NCBI RefSeq assembly: GCF_006345805.1
Contig: NC_043014.1
Span: 35,340,001-35,404,000, forward strand
Length of the DNA stretch: 64,000 nucleotides
Direction of reading: 5' to 3'
DNA from: Octopus sinensis
Taxonomy: Eukaryota
Part shown: one piece after another, positions 12,120 through 26,390 of the stretch
Position numbering within the stretch: the first letter of the stretch is position 1
Layout of the letters: each line of letters starts with the position of its first letter
Notes under the pieces: generated by a model
The model's input: only the letters and a program-made list of their open reading frames with translations
Told to the model about the DNA's origin: nothing
The model's database searches: none
Program-made: the position numbers and the translations under genes

Positions 12120-13320
12120 AGGGGAAATGGAAGAACAACAGAACAAACGAATAGAAAGAAATGGAACTGCATGTCCAATTTATGCAACACACCAAGAATG
12201 CCAGAAGCGGAGATCGCTAGCTTGGATTGACGGACAGTAAGTTGAAACGAGAAGAAACGCTAATTATAGGCGATCAGGAACAAGCCCTTCAAACAAATCT
12301 GACAAAGGTGAAGATCGACAAAACTCAGTCAGACAGCAAATACAGAATCTGCAGGAAAGGAGATGAAAGTATCAATCACTTCTTGAGTGAATGAAGTATG
12401 CTAGCGTTGAAAGAGTGTGAACGCAGACATAAGTGTGTAGCTAAAAGATCGAGTGCATTGGGATGTTTGCTAAGTGTGTGGCTTTAAAACAACGGAAAAA
12501 GCAGTATGGGCACAAACCGACCGTACTATTGAAGCAAAGAGAACAGATAGGTGCAGGAGTGGCTGTGTGGTAAGTAGCTTGCTTATGAATTACATGGTTC
12601 CGGGTTGAGCCCCACTTTGTGGCACCTTAGGCAAGTGTCTTCTACTATAGCCTCGGGCCGACCAAAGACTTGTGAGTGGATTTGGTAGACGGAAACTGAA
12701 AGAAGCTTGTCGTATATATGTATATATGTGTGTGAATGTGTTTGTGTGTCTGTGTTTGCCTTCCACCCGCCAACAATATCGCTTGACAATCGATACTGGT
12801 GTGTTTACGTCCCCGTAACTAAGCGTTTCGGCAAAAGACACCGATAGAATAAGTACTAGGCTTACAAAGAATAAGTCCTGGGGTCGATTTGCTCGACTAA
12901 AGGCGGTGCTCCAGCATGGCCGCAGTCAAGACTGAAAAAGTAAAGAGTAAAAAGATGAGAGAGAGAGGAGAGAGAGAAGAGAGAGAGAGAGAGAGGAGAG
13001 AGAGATGTAATTATAGAGGACAAAATAAATAAACAGTGTAAGGCTATATAGATTTTTAGAATTCCCTATGGAAGAAACTGAAAAAGAAAAAAAAATGGTA
13101 ATATCAGGATCTATCCAGAGGAGACTGTGAAAGACAACAATTATTCCTGTAATAATTGGTGCATTTGGAAAACATCTAACATACTGAATGAAAAGAATTG
13201 CGATTGAAACACGCATTATTGATCTCCAGGAAAGTACCATCCTATATTCTGCAAGAATTCTTAGGAAGATTAGTGTGACTTGAGGAGACATATGTTGTCA
13301 ACAAGCCTCAAGATAATAAG
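12120..13320 (+). mobile_element. Second, more decayed R4/Dong relic interrupted by a SINE
   Basis: QEQALQTN...YRICRKGDESINHFLSE at 12270-12400 and IIPVIIGAFG...LQESTIL...ARILRK at 13140-13270. Confidence 0.65.
12548..12950 (+). mobile_element. SINE family B
   Basis: gcaggagtggctgtgtggtaag...ggccgcagtcaa, full-length copy. Confidence 0.9.
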
Positions 13321-13349
13321 CCTGCTAGTTAAATTAGCATACACTAGCG

Positions 13350-13631
13350 CAGTGGTTCCCAAACCGTGTGCTGCAAGATGTAATTATGTGCGCCTCGAAA
13401 AAGCAAGATTATATTTCATAATATGAAAAATACAAACCAAAGTTCACTAGGAAGTTCATGGGCGTAGGAGTAGCTGTGTGGTAAGTAGCTGGATTACGAA
13501 GCACATGGTTCTGGGTTCAGTCCCACTGCGTGGTACCTTGGACAAGTGTCTTCTACTATAGCCTCGAGCCGACCAAAAGCATTGTGAGTGGATTTGGTAG
13601 ATAGAAACTGAAAGAAGCCCGTCGTATATGC

Positions 13632-13663
<32 letters not shown>

Positions 13664-15620
13664 ATATGTTTGTGTGTCTGTGTTTGTTGCCCCAACATCG
13701 CTTGATAACCGATGCTGGTGTGTTTACGTCCCCGTATCTTAACGTTTCGGCAAAAGACACCGATAGAATAAGTACTAGACTTACAAAGAATAAGTCCTTG
13801 GGTCGATTTGCTCGACTAAAGGCGGTGCTCCAGCATGGCCGCAGTCATATGACTAAAGAGTAAAGAGTAAAGAGTATATAAATGTCTAAGTGGCAAAAAC
13901 CTAAATACTAAGTTCATTTAGGCTAATTATGGTATGACAGCGTTATTCAATTTTGAATCTGAAATTTCATAAGGATAACTGTATTAGCATCAATCGATCG
14001 ATCCTCGAAATTGACACCTTATGGACATATTCAGAGCACGACTATGTTTCATTTTATTATAGGGCGGCGATCTGGTAGAAACGTTAGCATGCCGAAATTC
14101 GTAGCAGTATTTCGTCTGTCGTTACGTTCCGAGTTCAAATTCCGCCGAGGTCGACTTTCCCTTTCATCCTTTCGGGGTCGATAAATTAAGTACCAGTTAC
14201 ACACTGGGGTCAATCTAATCGACTTAATCCGTTTGTCTGTCCTTGTTTGTCCCCTCTATGTTTAGCCCCTTGTGGGCAGTAAAGAAATATATGTTTCATT
14301 TTATTTCGGTCGTAGGCCTCAGCAGTTTTCATTTCGATTATAAATCTGAAAAATAAGCCATTGAACTAAAATATACGATGTTGAACTAAATCTTTTAGTG
14401 CGTCCTCACGTATTGCGGCTGTATTTCAATATTTTTTCGTTCATATAGTAACGAGAATTTTCATCTTTTTAACTAATTTTAAAAGACATCTCAAAAGAAT
14501 CCGATAATATGTGACACGCTGCCACTTTTCACAGCTCACTGGTCACTTGTCTCAGTCCCAATTTCATTCTGTTAGTAATCTGTGTTCTTTGTGCGAGACA
14601 ATTCATATTAATAGACTAAATTATCCATAAAATATATTTCTTTATTGCCCACAAGGGGCTAAACACAGAGGGGGACAAACAAAGACAGACAAAGGGATTA
14701 AGTCGATTACATCGACCCCAGTGCGTAACCGGTACTTTATTTATCGTCCCCGAAAGGCAAAGTTGACCTCGGCGAAATTTGAACGCAGAACGTAACAGCA
14801 GACGAAATACGGCTACGCATTTCGCCCGGCGTGCTAACGATTCTGCCAGCTCGCCGCCTTCTCTGCCAGCTCGGAAACAACCGTGACGTTTATGAACCTG
14901 AAAATGAACGCTCATCAAAAGCAATTAAGAGTGGTGATAATAATGCGAAAGCTCGACTTAGTTGTATATATTGCAATAGCTATTATAAGTTTGGGTTTCA
15001 TTGGACTGGTAACTAGTGTGTTGTTTGAGGTGAAAGGATGTCTAAGGAAGGCATGTTGCCCAGAAAGCTGAAAATACATTTTACAACTAAACACTCACAT
15101 CTTCAATATAAAGATCTGAATTATTTTCAAAGATGGCTAGAACAGCAATCTAAACAAAAAAACTATTTGGATTAAAGGATGAATGCTTCTGAAAACGCTC
15201 AAGTCACGTCTATTGAGGTAACAGAAATGGTTGCACTACAAACGAAATCGCATACTCGATTATCTTACCCGCTTGTTGGATGGTTAAAACCATATTAGGT
15301 GATGAAGCCGAGTAAGAAATAAGCAAGATTCCGCCCTCAAATAATACAATCCATAGGAGAATTATGGATTTATCTGCTGATATAGAAGAAAATGTACAGA
15401 ACACACTTTAGAACTCAGAATTTGCTGAGCTGACGAATCAACTGACATTAGCAACAAAGCAGAATTACTTAGATTTATTCGCTTTATTGATGGTAACCAA
15501 ATCATAAATCAGTTCTTTTGTTGCGAAGAAATGCCACTCACTACAAGAGGTCAAGATATTTTTGATATTTGATCAGCCTAACTCGAGAAATGGAATTTAT
15601 CTTGGAATTCATGAATTGGA
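13350..15620 (+). mobile_element. hAT (Buster/Charlie, ZBED5-like) transposon relic with nested SINEs
   Basis: TIR-like CAGTGGTTCCCAAAC at 13350. Decayed transposase at 14880-15620 with SYYKFGFHWTG, HRRIMDLSADIEENVQ, DESTDISNKAELLRFIRF and EMPLTTRGQDIFDI. Confidence 0.75.
13458..13875 (+). mobile_element. SINE family B
   Basis: Full-length copy nested in the hAT relic. Confidence 0.9.
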
Positions 15621-16214
15621 ATAAGATTCATAAACAAGCATATAAAGCATACCTTCCCCTCTTCAGGTGCCTAACATATATCACTATGTTTTTGACACCT
15701 GGGCAGTACCATTAAATCAGGCTGTATCAGTAGCGTTATAATCATAAATGCTGCCTGGGAACCGACATACAAGCAGAAAGAGCGAAACATTAGCGTAATA
15801 TACATTTATACGTTCAAGCATATAAACACACACACATACATATACACACATGCACACTCACACAAACACATATATTAGATATATGTATATATGTAGGTGG
15901 GTAAGTAACTAGGCACGTATGTGTGCGCGTGTATGCGTATGTGTGCATGTGTATGTGTGTGTGTGCGTGCGTGTGTGTGCATGGATGTATTTGTATGTAT
16001 GTTTCAAGTAGTTGGCCACTGTTTTGCATTTCGATATCCGAAATGGCAGGAAGAAGGAAGCAAAAATATACCATAGAAGAATATATTAGTTTAAAATTTG
16101 AATGATTGAAAGGATTAAAAAACTTTTCCCTAGTAATTTTCATAATTATTAAAAATATAGTTTTATTAGTAAGCTTTTTCAATGACTATTGTATTTCTTG
16201 AGTGCATGCTGCAT

Positions 16215-16398
16215 TCTAAGTCCTCTCTCTCTGTGTATCTTTCTGTTGAAGAGCGTAGGCTCGAAACGTTAAAGACTTGTTTTATTTATATTTCCTGAGC
16301 GCCATACTAATACAATGTCGTTTGTTTTCCACCTGCCTTCGTCTTTTGTTATTTTCATAAAGCTTCCCGTTATATATATATATATAATATATTATATA

Positions 16399-16474
<76 letters not shown>

Positions 16475-16482
16475 TGTATAAA

Positions 16483-16548
<66 letters not shown>

Positions 16549-16605
16549 TGTATGTGTGTGAGGTGTGTGAGTGTGCATGTGGGCGGGTGTGTATATTCGT
16601 GAGTT

Positions 16606-16647
<42 letters not shown>

Positions 16648-16800
16648 CCTTGTTTCTCTCCTTGTTTCTTTCTGTTTTCCTTTCTGTGGAAGAGCGTAGA
16701 CTCGAAACGTAAAAGACATTTTCAATTCCTGAGCGTTATATTAATACATCTGTTAACTACACTACCTGTCTTCGTCTTTTGTTTTTTTCGTGAATTCTCC
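16215..16800 (+). mobile_element. Two copies of a microsatellite-associated Penelope-like end repeat (others at ~62520-62690 and, related, ~9590-9800 and ~31380-31590)
   Basis: Shared gaagagcgtaggctcgaaacgt...ttcctgagcg...cctgccttcgtcttttg, always adjoining (TA)n. Confidence 0.55.
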
Positions 16801-17325
16801 CCCTATATATATAAAACACACAGACACAGACAGACACACACACACACACAAACACACACACATATATATATATCTGAAAGTCCATGAGGATTACTCAATA
16901 CAGTTTTTGAAGTGTAGAGGTGATTTTTTTAAAAGAATTATTTAAAAAAAATATATTTATGAAATCTCTTATGAGGATTTTACTAACTTTTTGGGGAAGA
17001 AATATTTTTCTAGTGTGTGAGCGCTTTTGGTTATGCGTGTATACATCCATTGCAGTCCGGGGTAATGAATAATGGAATGAATACTAGGGTTGATGAATGC
17101 TACATGGTAATTTTCTTACATCATATTAAAAGGTTTTCTTTTATAGGCGATTTTCTGTCTTTTCCTCTATTGAGCATACTCATAGAAGTCAGTTTGTACT
17201 CCGACACCTGATGCAGCAACATACAGTTGACACCGAGAGAAGCAGATATCTCCCAGTTATTAACCAACCACCATTAGCACATAGCTGTAGGATTTGTTGT
17301 TAGCCATAACAAAACATATATGGAA

Positions 17326-17712
17326 TGGAAGCACTCCGTCGGTTACGACGACGAGGGTTCCGGTTGATCCGAATCAACGGAACAGCCTGCTCGTGAAATT
17401 AACGTGTAAGTGGCTGAGCACTCCACAGACACAGACACGTGTACCCTTAACGTAGTATCTTGGGGATATTCAGCGTGACACAGAGAGTGACAAGGCCGGC
17501 CCTTTGAAATACAGGTACAGCAGAAACAGGAAGTAAGAGAATGTTGTGGTGAAAAAGTACTGCAGGGATCACCACCATCCCCTGCCGGAGCCTCGTGGAG
17601 CTTTAGGTGTTTTCGCTCAATAAACACTCACAACGCCCGGTCTGGGGATCGAAACCACGATCCTATGACCGCGAGTCCGCTGCCCTAACCACTGGGCCAT
17701 TGCGCCTCCACA
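17326..17712 (-). mobile_element. tRNA-derived SINE family C
   Basis: Head ggaggcgcaatggcccagtggttagggcagcgg...gtttcgatcccc (A/B boxes). Near-identical to 47022-47406. Confidence 0.9.
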
Positions 17713-17719
17713 ACAAAAC

Positions 17720-19170
17720 ATATACTCATTAGGGATTGCAACCTAGGAATGATAGTAGCTTTTCGGGTAAACTTATCCTCACCAGCGGAAAAGAACGTTG
17801 ATTGTGTTGCCTCAATCAAATGTGGCATTTGTTGCTTAATTACCAATCTTATGCCATTGCACAAAAGTAGAGCATCCAGCTTAACAAGTAGAATAATTTA
17901 GAATCATTTCTTCAGTGCGGTTCTGAGATGTGGCATTCCAGAACTTTCCAAGCTATTGTGAATCCCAATGGAGTCATTCATTTCGTTATGATAGACTTGT
18001 AAAGAAATTAATCGCCATGCAACTGTTCCGTAACTTGTTTATTGATAATTTTGACAGTCTAATTAGTGCAAGTATTGCTCTTTTACAGGGATCTTTGATT
18101 GTAGTAGTTGTACAGAATGTTGGGTAAGATTTAATTTCTTTTTAGTTCGTTAAATATTGATGTTAATTCACTATGTCAATCACTGATCCGTCGCCATTTG
18201 AATCAACTATTAGCAACTATTTCTCCAAGCTTCAAAATCTCGTAGCAAAATCAATTGAGTGATGATCTCACGTTAACCGCTACATGTTCTACCATTGGTT
18301 CATTGCTTTAACTTCACACAATAGTCAGTAACAGGCCGTGGCGGTTAACGTGTTAGGGTAAACTTTCATATTTGTTCCTAGTTTATGTTGGGGCGATTTC
18401 ATTTAGCTTCTGATTGTGACGATTTCATTTGGCTTCTGATTTGTCCAGCTTTTTTTCGTTTGGAATGACTGAAGACTGAAAGTCTCCTGCTAAGACTATT
18501 ATTTCACCGAAAGGAGAAGTCTGTCCTTTGATAACATTAAGAGTACGTTTTCAAACCTGAAAAATGGACTCGTGGTCAATTATCATTGAATACTTTTTTT
18601 GCCGTTCTGCTGATCCTGTTCTTTTGCCTATGCTAAAGGTTGCCTTATCATTAATGGGAGTGTTCCTGACCATTTTGAATGCACTACAAGCGATTTGGAT
18701 GCACTATTTTTTCAAATACGTTCGACAGCTGTGTTGAAAGTTCTTTGATCATGAAGTGACTTAGGCTCATTGTCAGCTATAAACTAAGCTAGTGAATTAA
18801 GATCGTAACAGAATTTATGTTGAACTTCAGTTGACGGTCGTGTTCCTTTTGATTGGTTACTCAAAGGTAAACTATAGTTATGTCTCTACCCATTCCTAAA
18901 ATTCATCTCCATTTGTAATAGGAGCTTATATTGAAGTTAACATCATTGAAATGAAAGATAATAGCCACAGAGGTTCGAGATCACTGGGAGATGACGACTC
19001 ACACATTTTCAACAGAACTGTAAAGGAGATTCGTAGTTTAAAAAGTATTTGTGAAAGGATTACTTCCATCGTTGTTGTTTCGCATTCGCCATCATTCTGT
19101 AACAGGCCTCACACGAAACATGATTCTCTGTAAAATATCACTAAAATATAGTCGTTTCTGCTACCGCAGA
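17720..19170 (-). mobile_element. Helitron Rep/PIF1-helicase relic
   Basis: Minus-strand pieces GLLQNDGE..TME.ILSQ...LR..F.VLLKMC, NSLESSGMP and LCNGIRLVIKQQMPHLIEAT match Helitron helicase motifs. Confidence 0.75.
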
Positions 19171-19777
19171 ACAGAATAGAATAGAACTTAAGAATCACAG
19201 GATGAAATCAACGACATTGTTGATGTCTGTCTGTATGTAGTTTTTTTTTTTTAAGTAATTTGATTTTTTCATGTATAGTTATATTAATGAAGAAGATTAA
19301 ACATTAATTGAAGGTTCACTTAGCACATTCAAGTACCGTATCACACTTTTACAAGTAAAAGGGTGACAGTGACTTCGAAATTTCAGCTCAGTTGCCTTCG
19401 TCAGATGTAACAAAGACACTTGAGCTGAAGTCTTGAACAGTTCACATTTTCCTTAGATGCCTGTGTTTGCGTGTGCGTATATACATACATACACAGTTTA
19501 GATATCTCTCAAGGAGTAATAATATCTAATAATGTTTGCAATAAGTCTTTGAAAGGAGCGCTTCTTCCTCTCTTGATAATTTTGTTCCTGGTGTAAAGTG
19601 AAGGGACTTGACAACAGAGCAAAGTCTGAGGAAGTGTACCGTTTTGATAAAGTAAAAATTTGGAATAAATGTAGTGTCCATAGCAGCCTGGGCTTCTGTA
19701 TTGAAGTTGTAACACTGTATTGGTATGCATGCATTAAGACATGCACAACGCACACAAAACACACACACACACGCACG

Positions 19778-19840
<63 letters not shown>

Positions 19841-19913
19841 GTATATATAACAAAAAGGACACGTATGCGTAGATATCGAAAAACAAAAACAAAAATCTAT
19901 AGAAACGTATATA

Positions 19914-20316
19914 TAGGCGCAGGAGTGGCCGTGTGGTAAGTAGCTTGCTAACCAACCACATGGTTCTGGGTTCAGTCCCACTGCGTGGCACCTTGGGCAA
20001 GTGTCTTCTGCTATAGCTTCGGGCCGACCAATGCCTTGTGAGTGGATTTGGTAGACGGAAACTGAAAGAAGCCTGTCGTATATATGTATGTGTGTGTGTG
20101 TGTGTTTGTGTGTCTGTGTTTGTCCCCCTAGCATTGCTTGACAACCGATGCTGGTGTGTTTACGTCTCCGTCACTTAGCGGTTCGACAAAACAGACCGAT
20201 AGAATAAGTACTAAGCTTACAAAGAATAAGTCCCGGGGTCGATTTGCTCGACTAAATGCGGTGCTCCAGCATGGCCGCAGTCAAATGACTGAAACAAGTA
20301 AAGGAGTAAAAGAGTA
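19914..20316 (+). mobile_element. SINE family B
   Basis: Full-length copy. Confidence 0.9.
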
Positions 20317-21004
20317 TTAAAGAAACCATTTTGTATTAAAATATCATTTTGAATGGTTTCCAGGAAGTATTGATCTTCAAACGAGACAATATTTACAAAG
20401 CAGTGGTTCAGCACGGTCACTGCTTGCTTACTGTAAAAATTATTAATTCAACTAATTAAAAAAAAAGCTTGCAAATAAGACATACAAACACAAAACATGC
20501 CTTGAAATATATTACAAAAATTTAAAGAACTGAGATTTAATGGTGTAAAGAATTTTATTTATCTCATGAGCAACATAAAGTCTTTCTTTGAGGCAGGACA
20601 CATGTTCAGATAACATCATTTCTTTGTTATGTATTTTTTTCTTCTGTTCTATGCAGCAAGTAAAAAAAAAAAAAATTGGCCTCACTCTTACATATTAAAA
20701 AAAAAAAGGAAAAAAAGAAAATCAAAAGCTCTGTGTAAATCTGCGTAGAGAAAATGTAATAGTGTGTGTTTATGGTGTTCGCGAACCTCCTGCGAATATT
20801 AATGTTAAATATGTTTTGCCATCAGTATCATATCTATATTGTTAACAGCGAATTTCATACGTAGATCAGGTGGTAATGGGGGACAGAAACTATGGCTGAC
20901 AAAACTTATGTCGCTTGCAAGCGTTTGTTTCTTCTTGCAATTATTACCCCGCATTTGAGGTTTTAGCCGCGGATAAAACGTAAAGTCAATCGCGGTATGA
21001 TCCT

Positions 21005-21045
<41 letters not shown>

Positions 21046-21510
21046 CGGAATAGAAACTAAATGGAAATGGAGCACATTCATTCCGACTTACTGTCTCTGC
21101 TTCTCTAGTGTCTTCCAGAATTTTCCCAATATATATATATATATATATATTTCTGTGTTGAGAAAATTTATGTAATATGCCCCGAAAGGCATATGACTTA
21201 CTTAAGTTAATATAAAAGATAGTTCCAGTTTATAGAGAGAGTAAGTTGGTGTAACAAGCGAAGGATCACAATCTCTTACTGTGTGGGCGTCATTCAAATT
21301 CAGCGTTCGTAGACTGATATATAAACAGTCTTAGTGAGAGATCATATGTGATTCAAGTCATGTTTAACTTGAATATGGGACCCAGTCAGGTTGAACATGT
21401 CATACCTTGGTTTTTGTATCTGCAGCGCTTACCTATTGATAGGGTTATGCTACTAAAATTGCCTAAAAACAAGCGGGTTATAATTTGCATTTCTCCTTGC
21501 ATGCTTTCTT

Positions 21511-21990
21511 TATACGAGATGGTATCAAAATATTTCCGGACTAGTTCTGTAGCCCGCCAAGAGATGGCAGAACATGGTTGTATGCTCAGTGAGAGCTAGC
21601 ACTGACATTCATGGGGCAGTGTGCCGAGTAGACATTGATGTGTTTACTTCGCAAGTTGTGAAATTTCTGCTTTTGTGATCATGTGTATGGTGTAGCCTGC
21701 GATTTCGTCCTGCATAAGAAGTTGGAGCAATGTGCCAACCTGAAATTTTAGCGTTAAATTTGGAAGTCTGCTACAGAGGCATTGAGCATGCTTCGGCAAG
21801 CTTACAGCATCGATGCAATGGATCGTACACAATGTTCCGAGTGGCACGGGCGCTTCAAAACAGAAGACCATCCCTGGAAGACGACGAGCAATCTGGAAGA
21901 CCTACCACGAGCGTCACCCCCGGAAATGCAGAAAAATGCATCAGCTTGTGCATGAGAATCACAGGATCAAATCAACGACATTGTTGATGC
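21511..21990 (+). mobile_element. mariner transposon 5' relic
   Basis: TIR-like TACGAGATGGTATCAAAATATTTCCGGACT, then EQCANLKF...KSATEALSMLRQAY...MDRTQCSEWHGRFK and LEDDEQSGRPTTS (HTH region). Confidence 0.8.
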
Positions 21991-22247
21991 CTGTCTGTCT
22001 GTCTATATGTATGTATGTAGTTTTATTTATTTTTTAAGTAATTTGCTTTTTTCATGAAGAAGATTAAACATTAATTGAAGGATCACTCAGCACATTCAAG
22101 TACCGCATTACATTTTTACAAGGAAAAGGTTGACAGTGACTTCGCAATTTCAGCTCAGTTGCCTTCTTCAAATGTGACAAAGACACTTCAGCTGAAGTCT
22201 CGAACAGTCTACATTTTCCTTAGATGCTTGTGTTTGCGTGTGCGTAC

Positions 22248-22357
<110 letters not shown>

Positions 22358-22939
22358 ACACACACACTCACATATATATATATAGATAGATAGATATAGA
22401 TATAAATTTATGTGTGTGTGAGTGTGTGTGTATGAGTGTGTGTGTGAGTGTGTGTGTGTGAGTGTGTGTGAATGTGTGTGTGTGTGTGTGAGTGTGTGTG
22501 TGTGAGTTTATGTGTATGTGTGTGTCTGTGTGCATGTGTGTGTGTTCAATCAATTTGGGAACCTAAATAGGAAAATATTGTACAGTTATTACGATAATAC
22601 AATTCTATGTAAATAATGTAAATAATATAGTAATTACGATATTCGGTAGGCAGCCAATGATTCATGTCTTCTTGTATCATGTGTGGCTTCAGTGAAATTC
22701 CTATGCAGGATGGATGGCAATTTCTTCTGGCAACGCAGGTAATTCCAAAAGAGGCAATTACTTAGTAACTAAGATTCATTAGTTTACAAAAATCAAATTA
22801 TCAAGAAAGAAATTTATGAAATTTGTTAATTCTTTTATTCAAATATAAAGAGGACGAAAAAAAAAAAAAGAGTTCAAACCTAGCAGTTCCACAGGGATAT
22901 CGCGAACAACCTTTGTTTGTGTACGTGAATGCGAGTGTT

Positions 22940-23335
22940 TGCGTGTGCGTGTGTGTGTATGTGTGTGTGTGCACGCACTATGGTGTGAGCGTGCGCTGTG
23001 ATGTGTGTGTGTATGTATGAGTGCTTACGTGTATACATATACACAAACATTCATAAAGTTATGTTTGCATGTATATGCGTGCGTGTGTGTGTATATATAT
23101 ATATATTATATATTATATTATATATATATATATATATGCAAGTATATATACATACATATTTATATTCATGAGCATGTATGTGCAAATATACATAAGTACA
23201 TATATATATTATATATTTATATATACATATACTTATGTCTATAATATCCTATATGTACAATACACGCACACACAAATATATATATATACATATATATATG
23301 TGTATATGCATACATATATACATAGATATATATGT

Positions 23336-23383
<48 letters not shown>

Positions 23384-23633
23384 GTATGTATATGTACACA
23401 CATATATAAGTTTCCTTAAATGACTATATGTATATAATTTTTATATACATAAGATTATGAATGAATTTAATATACATATACAAATGCATACATATTAATA
23501 AATATGTATATCTATGTTTATATATATATATTTATATATACATACATATATATATATGTGTGTATGCATTGTATATATATATAAATATGTATAGTATATA
23601 TACACATATGTATATATGTATGCATATATATAT

Positions 23634-23695
<62 letters not shown>

Positions 23696-23824
23696 GCATA
23701 CATATATATACATATACAAACCTACAGGTATGCATATTCACATACGTATGTATGTACATTCGTACATATTTAGGCGTGTATGGGTATGTATATGAGAATA
23801 TCTTTATACTTGTACACATATACG

Positions 23825-23872
<48 letters not shown>

Positions 23873-23948
23873 TATACTCTATATATGCACGAGTACACTC
23901 GCACATACATAATGCATATATATATTATATATATAATATATATGTATA

Positions 23949-24017
<69 letters not shown>

Positions 24018-24163
24018 TTGGGGAACAGGAAGAAACAAAAATATAAAAGAGCGTATTAGAAGGGGAGCTATTTTGCAAGCAAGCAATAGAGCTATAACGT
24101 TTGTTGCTAGCTAGCGAGAATGAAATCAACAAACGAATACAAAAACGTGCGTGTCTGTATATA

Positions 24164-24212
<49 letters not shown>

Positions 24213-24214
24213 TA

Positions 24215-24254
<40 letters not shown>

Positions 24255-24649
24255 GGTACGTTCACACACATATGCAGCGAGACGAATACACAACACGTAC
24301 ATTGGTTTCTTACTTAAAATCGTTCCGACCCAAAATACTTAGGAAATGTGTGAGACTTTTGTAAATTTATGCACACGCTACATAAAAAAAATCACTTCCC
24401 CATTATATTTCAGAAGTGCAAACATGTACATCACGTTACAAATGTCGTTGCAACTAGTCCCATGCATTTGGCACCTATTTTTTTTTATTAAAAGAGTTTT
24501 CATTAATGCTTATTATTTAGGACTGTAAGTATCATTAACTCCATTATCTCTTTATAAACATGTATAAAGGTTTTTTCTGAAATTATGTATTACACCTTCA
24601 TTTTATGTTCCATATATATATATTACATATAAGTATATACATATATATG

Positions 24650-24685
<36 letters not shown>

Positions 24686-24751
24686 TGTTTGTATATATAT
24701 ATATATATGTGTATATATATATATGTATGTATATATATACATATATATATA

Positions 24752-24803
<52 letters not shown>

Positions 24804-24928
24804 GTATATATATGTTCAGTATAAATTTTATACATAATTTTGATCTTTTGCATAGTTATTTTTGTGCTTTGAAAATTTTGAATTTCTTTAAGACAAAAAA
24901 GAAACATTTAGACATTATTATATTTATG

Positions 24929-25013
<85 letters not shown>

Positions 25014-25065
25014 TACATATATATGTGTATATATATATATATATATATAATATATATATATATAG

Positions 25066-25115
<50 letters not shown>

Positions 25116-25120
25116 ATATT
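22940..25120. repeat. ~2-kb degenerate (TA/CA/TG)n compound microsatellite field downstream of gene M
   Basis: Seen directly. Confidence 0.95.
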
Positions 25121-25490
25121 TGAAGAAAACTTTTGGATGGTACCAGAATTTTTTCGTTAAAAGGAAGGGAATTTGACATTTTTTTGGCGGGTCAAGAATG
25201 AAAAAATATTTACATTTTTTTTTTGTTTTATTTTTAAGGGGAAGTCAGACATTTTGAAAAATAAATTTAAAAAAAAAGAGTTTTGACATTTTTATTTGGG
25301 TCAGAAATAAAAAAAATAACGAAAACAAACAAATAAAATAATTAGAAAAAAACCCTAAAAATAATGTTGTTATTGTTTTTGTCGGTTGATTGAAATTTGT
25401 CCACTTCAGAAAGTGAAGGTCAAATATACCTCGACATTTTATCCCAACCATGTATGATAGGGAGACTCACTTGGGAGCGGTGTGGGGTTA

Positions 25491-25810
25491 TTACACCATA
25501 ACAAGAAGAGCGGTAGCAAATATCAATAAACAATATTCCCGCAACATGCCAGAGCTGTTTTCGGAAACAGACGTGTCTGTTTTAGGTTTCTCTTTAGCAC
25601 CTTTGTCTTCTTTAGGCTCCCCTTCGGTTTTAGGTTCCTCATCTTCGTCGCTTCCTTCCGGTTCAGGTTCCGGTACGACAGTAGATTCATCAGGCATATT
25701 GTCATCTGTATTTTTATCATCATGGTCCATTTCATTGTCCTTATCCATGTCATCGCCGTCGCCATCAGGAACGTGGTCAGGAGTAATACCTGTAGGTACA
25801 ACAAACAGTC
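25491..25810 (-). CDS. Gene M, terminal exon: acidic Asp/Glu/Pro stalk then GPI-like signal (...SENSSGMLREYCLLIFATALLVMV*)
   Basis: Acceptor ttttcttttaattaaaattttctAG, phase 1, open to TAA TAA at 25493-25488. Small residues (NSSG) precede a terminal hydrophobic run with no cytoplasmic tail. AATAAA on the minus strand at 25296-25291. Confidence 0.85.
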
Positions 25811-26106
25811 CTAGAAAATTTTAATTAAAAGAAAATGAACGAAACAAATGAAAATCAAATGAAGCACCACAATGAAATAAGGTTTAAAAATATAAACAAA
25901 ATAATTTATTGCATGCACTGTGTAGAGTGATTTTGTGATAGAAATTTCTAACTTTCGTGTTATATTTTCAGTGAATTTGACCTATGTGTCTCTCTGACTA
26001 TAATTCTATTTTATCTACCTCAGAAGGATTAAATGCAGCTATATGCATGGACTCCAAATATTGCACACATGTAAACAAGCATGCCCAAATACCTTACTGA
26101 TGTTCT

Positions 26107-26390
26107 TTAATGGCCTAGTGGTTAGAGCAGCGGACTCGCGGTCGAGGGATCGCGGGTTATGAGCGAAACACCTAAGCTCCACGCGGCTCCGGCAGAAGGT
26201 AATGGCGAACTTCTGCTGACTCTTTCGCCACAACTTACTCTCACTCTCTCCTCCTGCATCTTGCAGCTCACCTGCGACGGACCGGTGTCATTTCTAGGTG
26301 GGGAACCTATACGCCAAGGAAACCGGGAAACCGGCCCTTATGAGCCAGGGATCGTTCGAGAAAGAACAAACAATAAATGCAAATAAGCGA
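26107..26390 (+). mobile_element. SINE with family C head and a third tail type
   Basis: Shares tail cctgcatcttgcagctcacctgcga...gaacctatacgccaag with 57493-57800. Confidence 0.8.

Noticed and set aside
21009-21044. A36 tract as the tail of a processed pseudogene
   Set aside because: No upstream ORF, polyadenylation signal or TSD identified.
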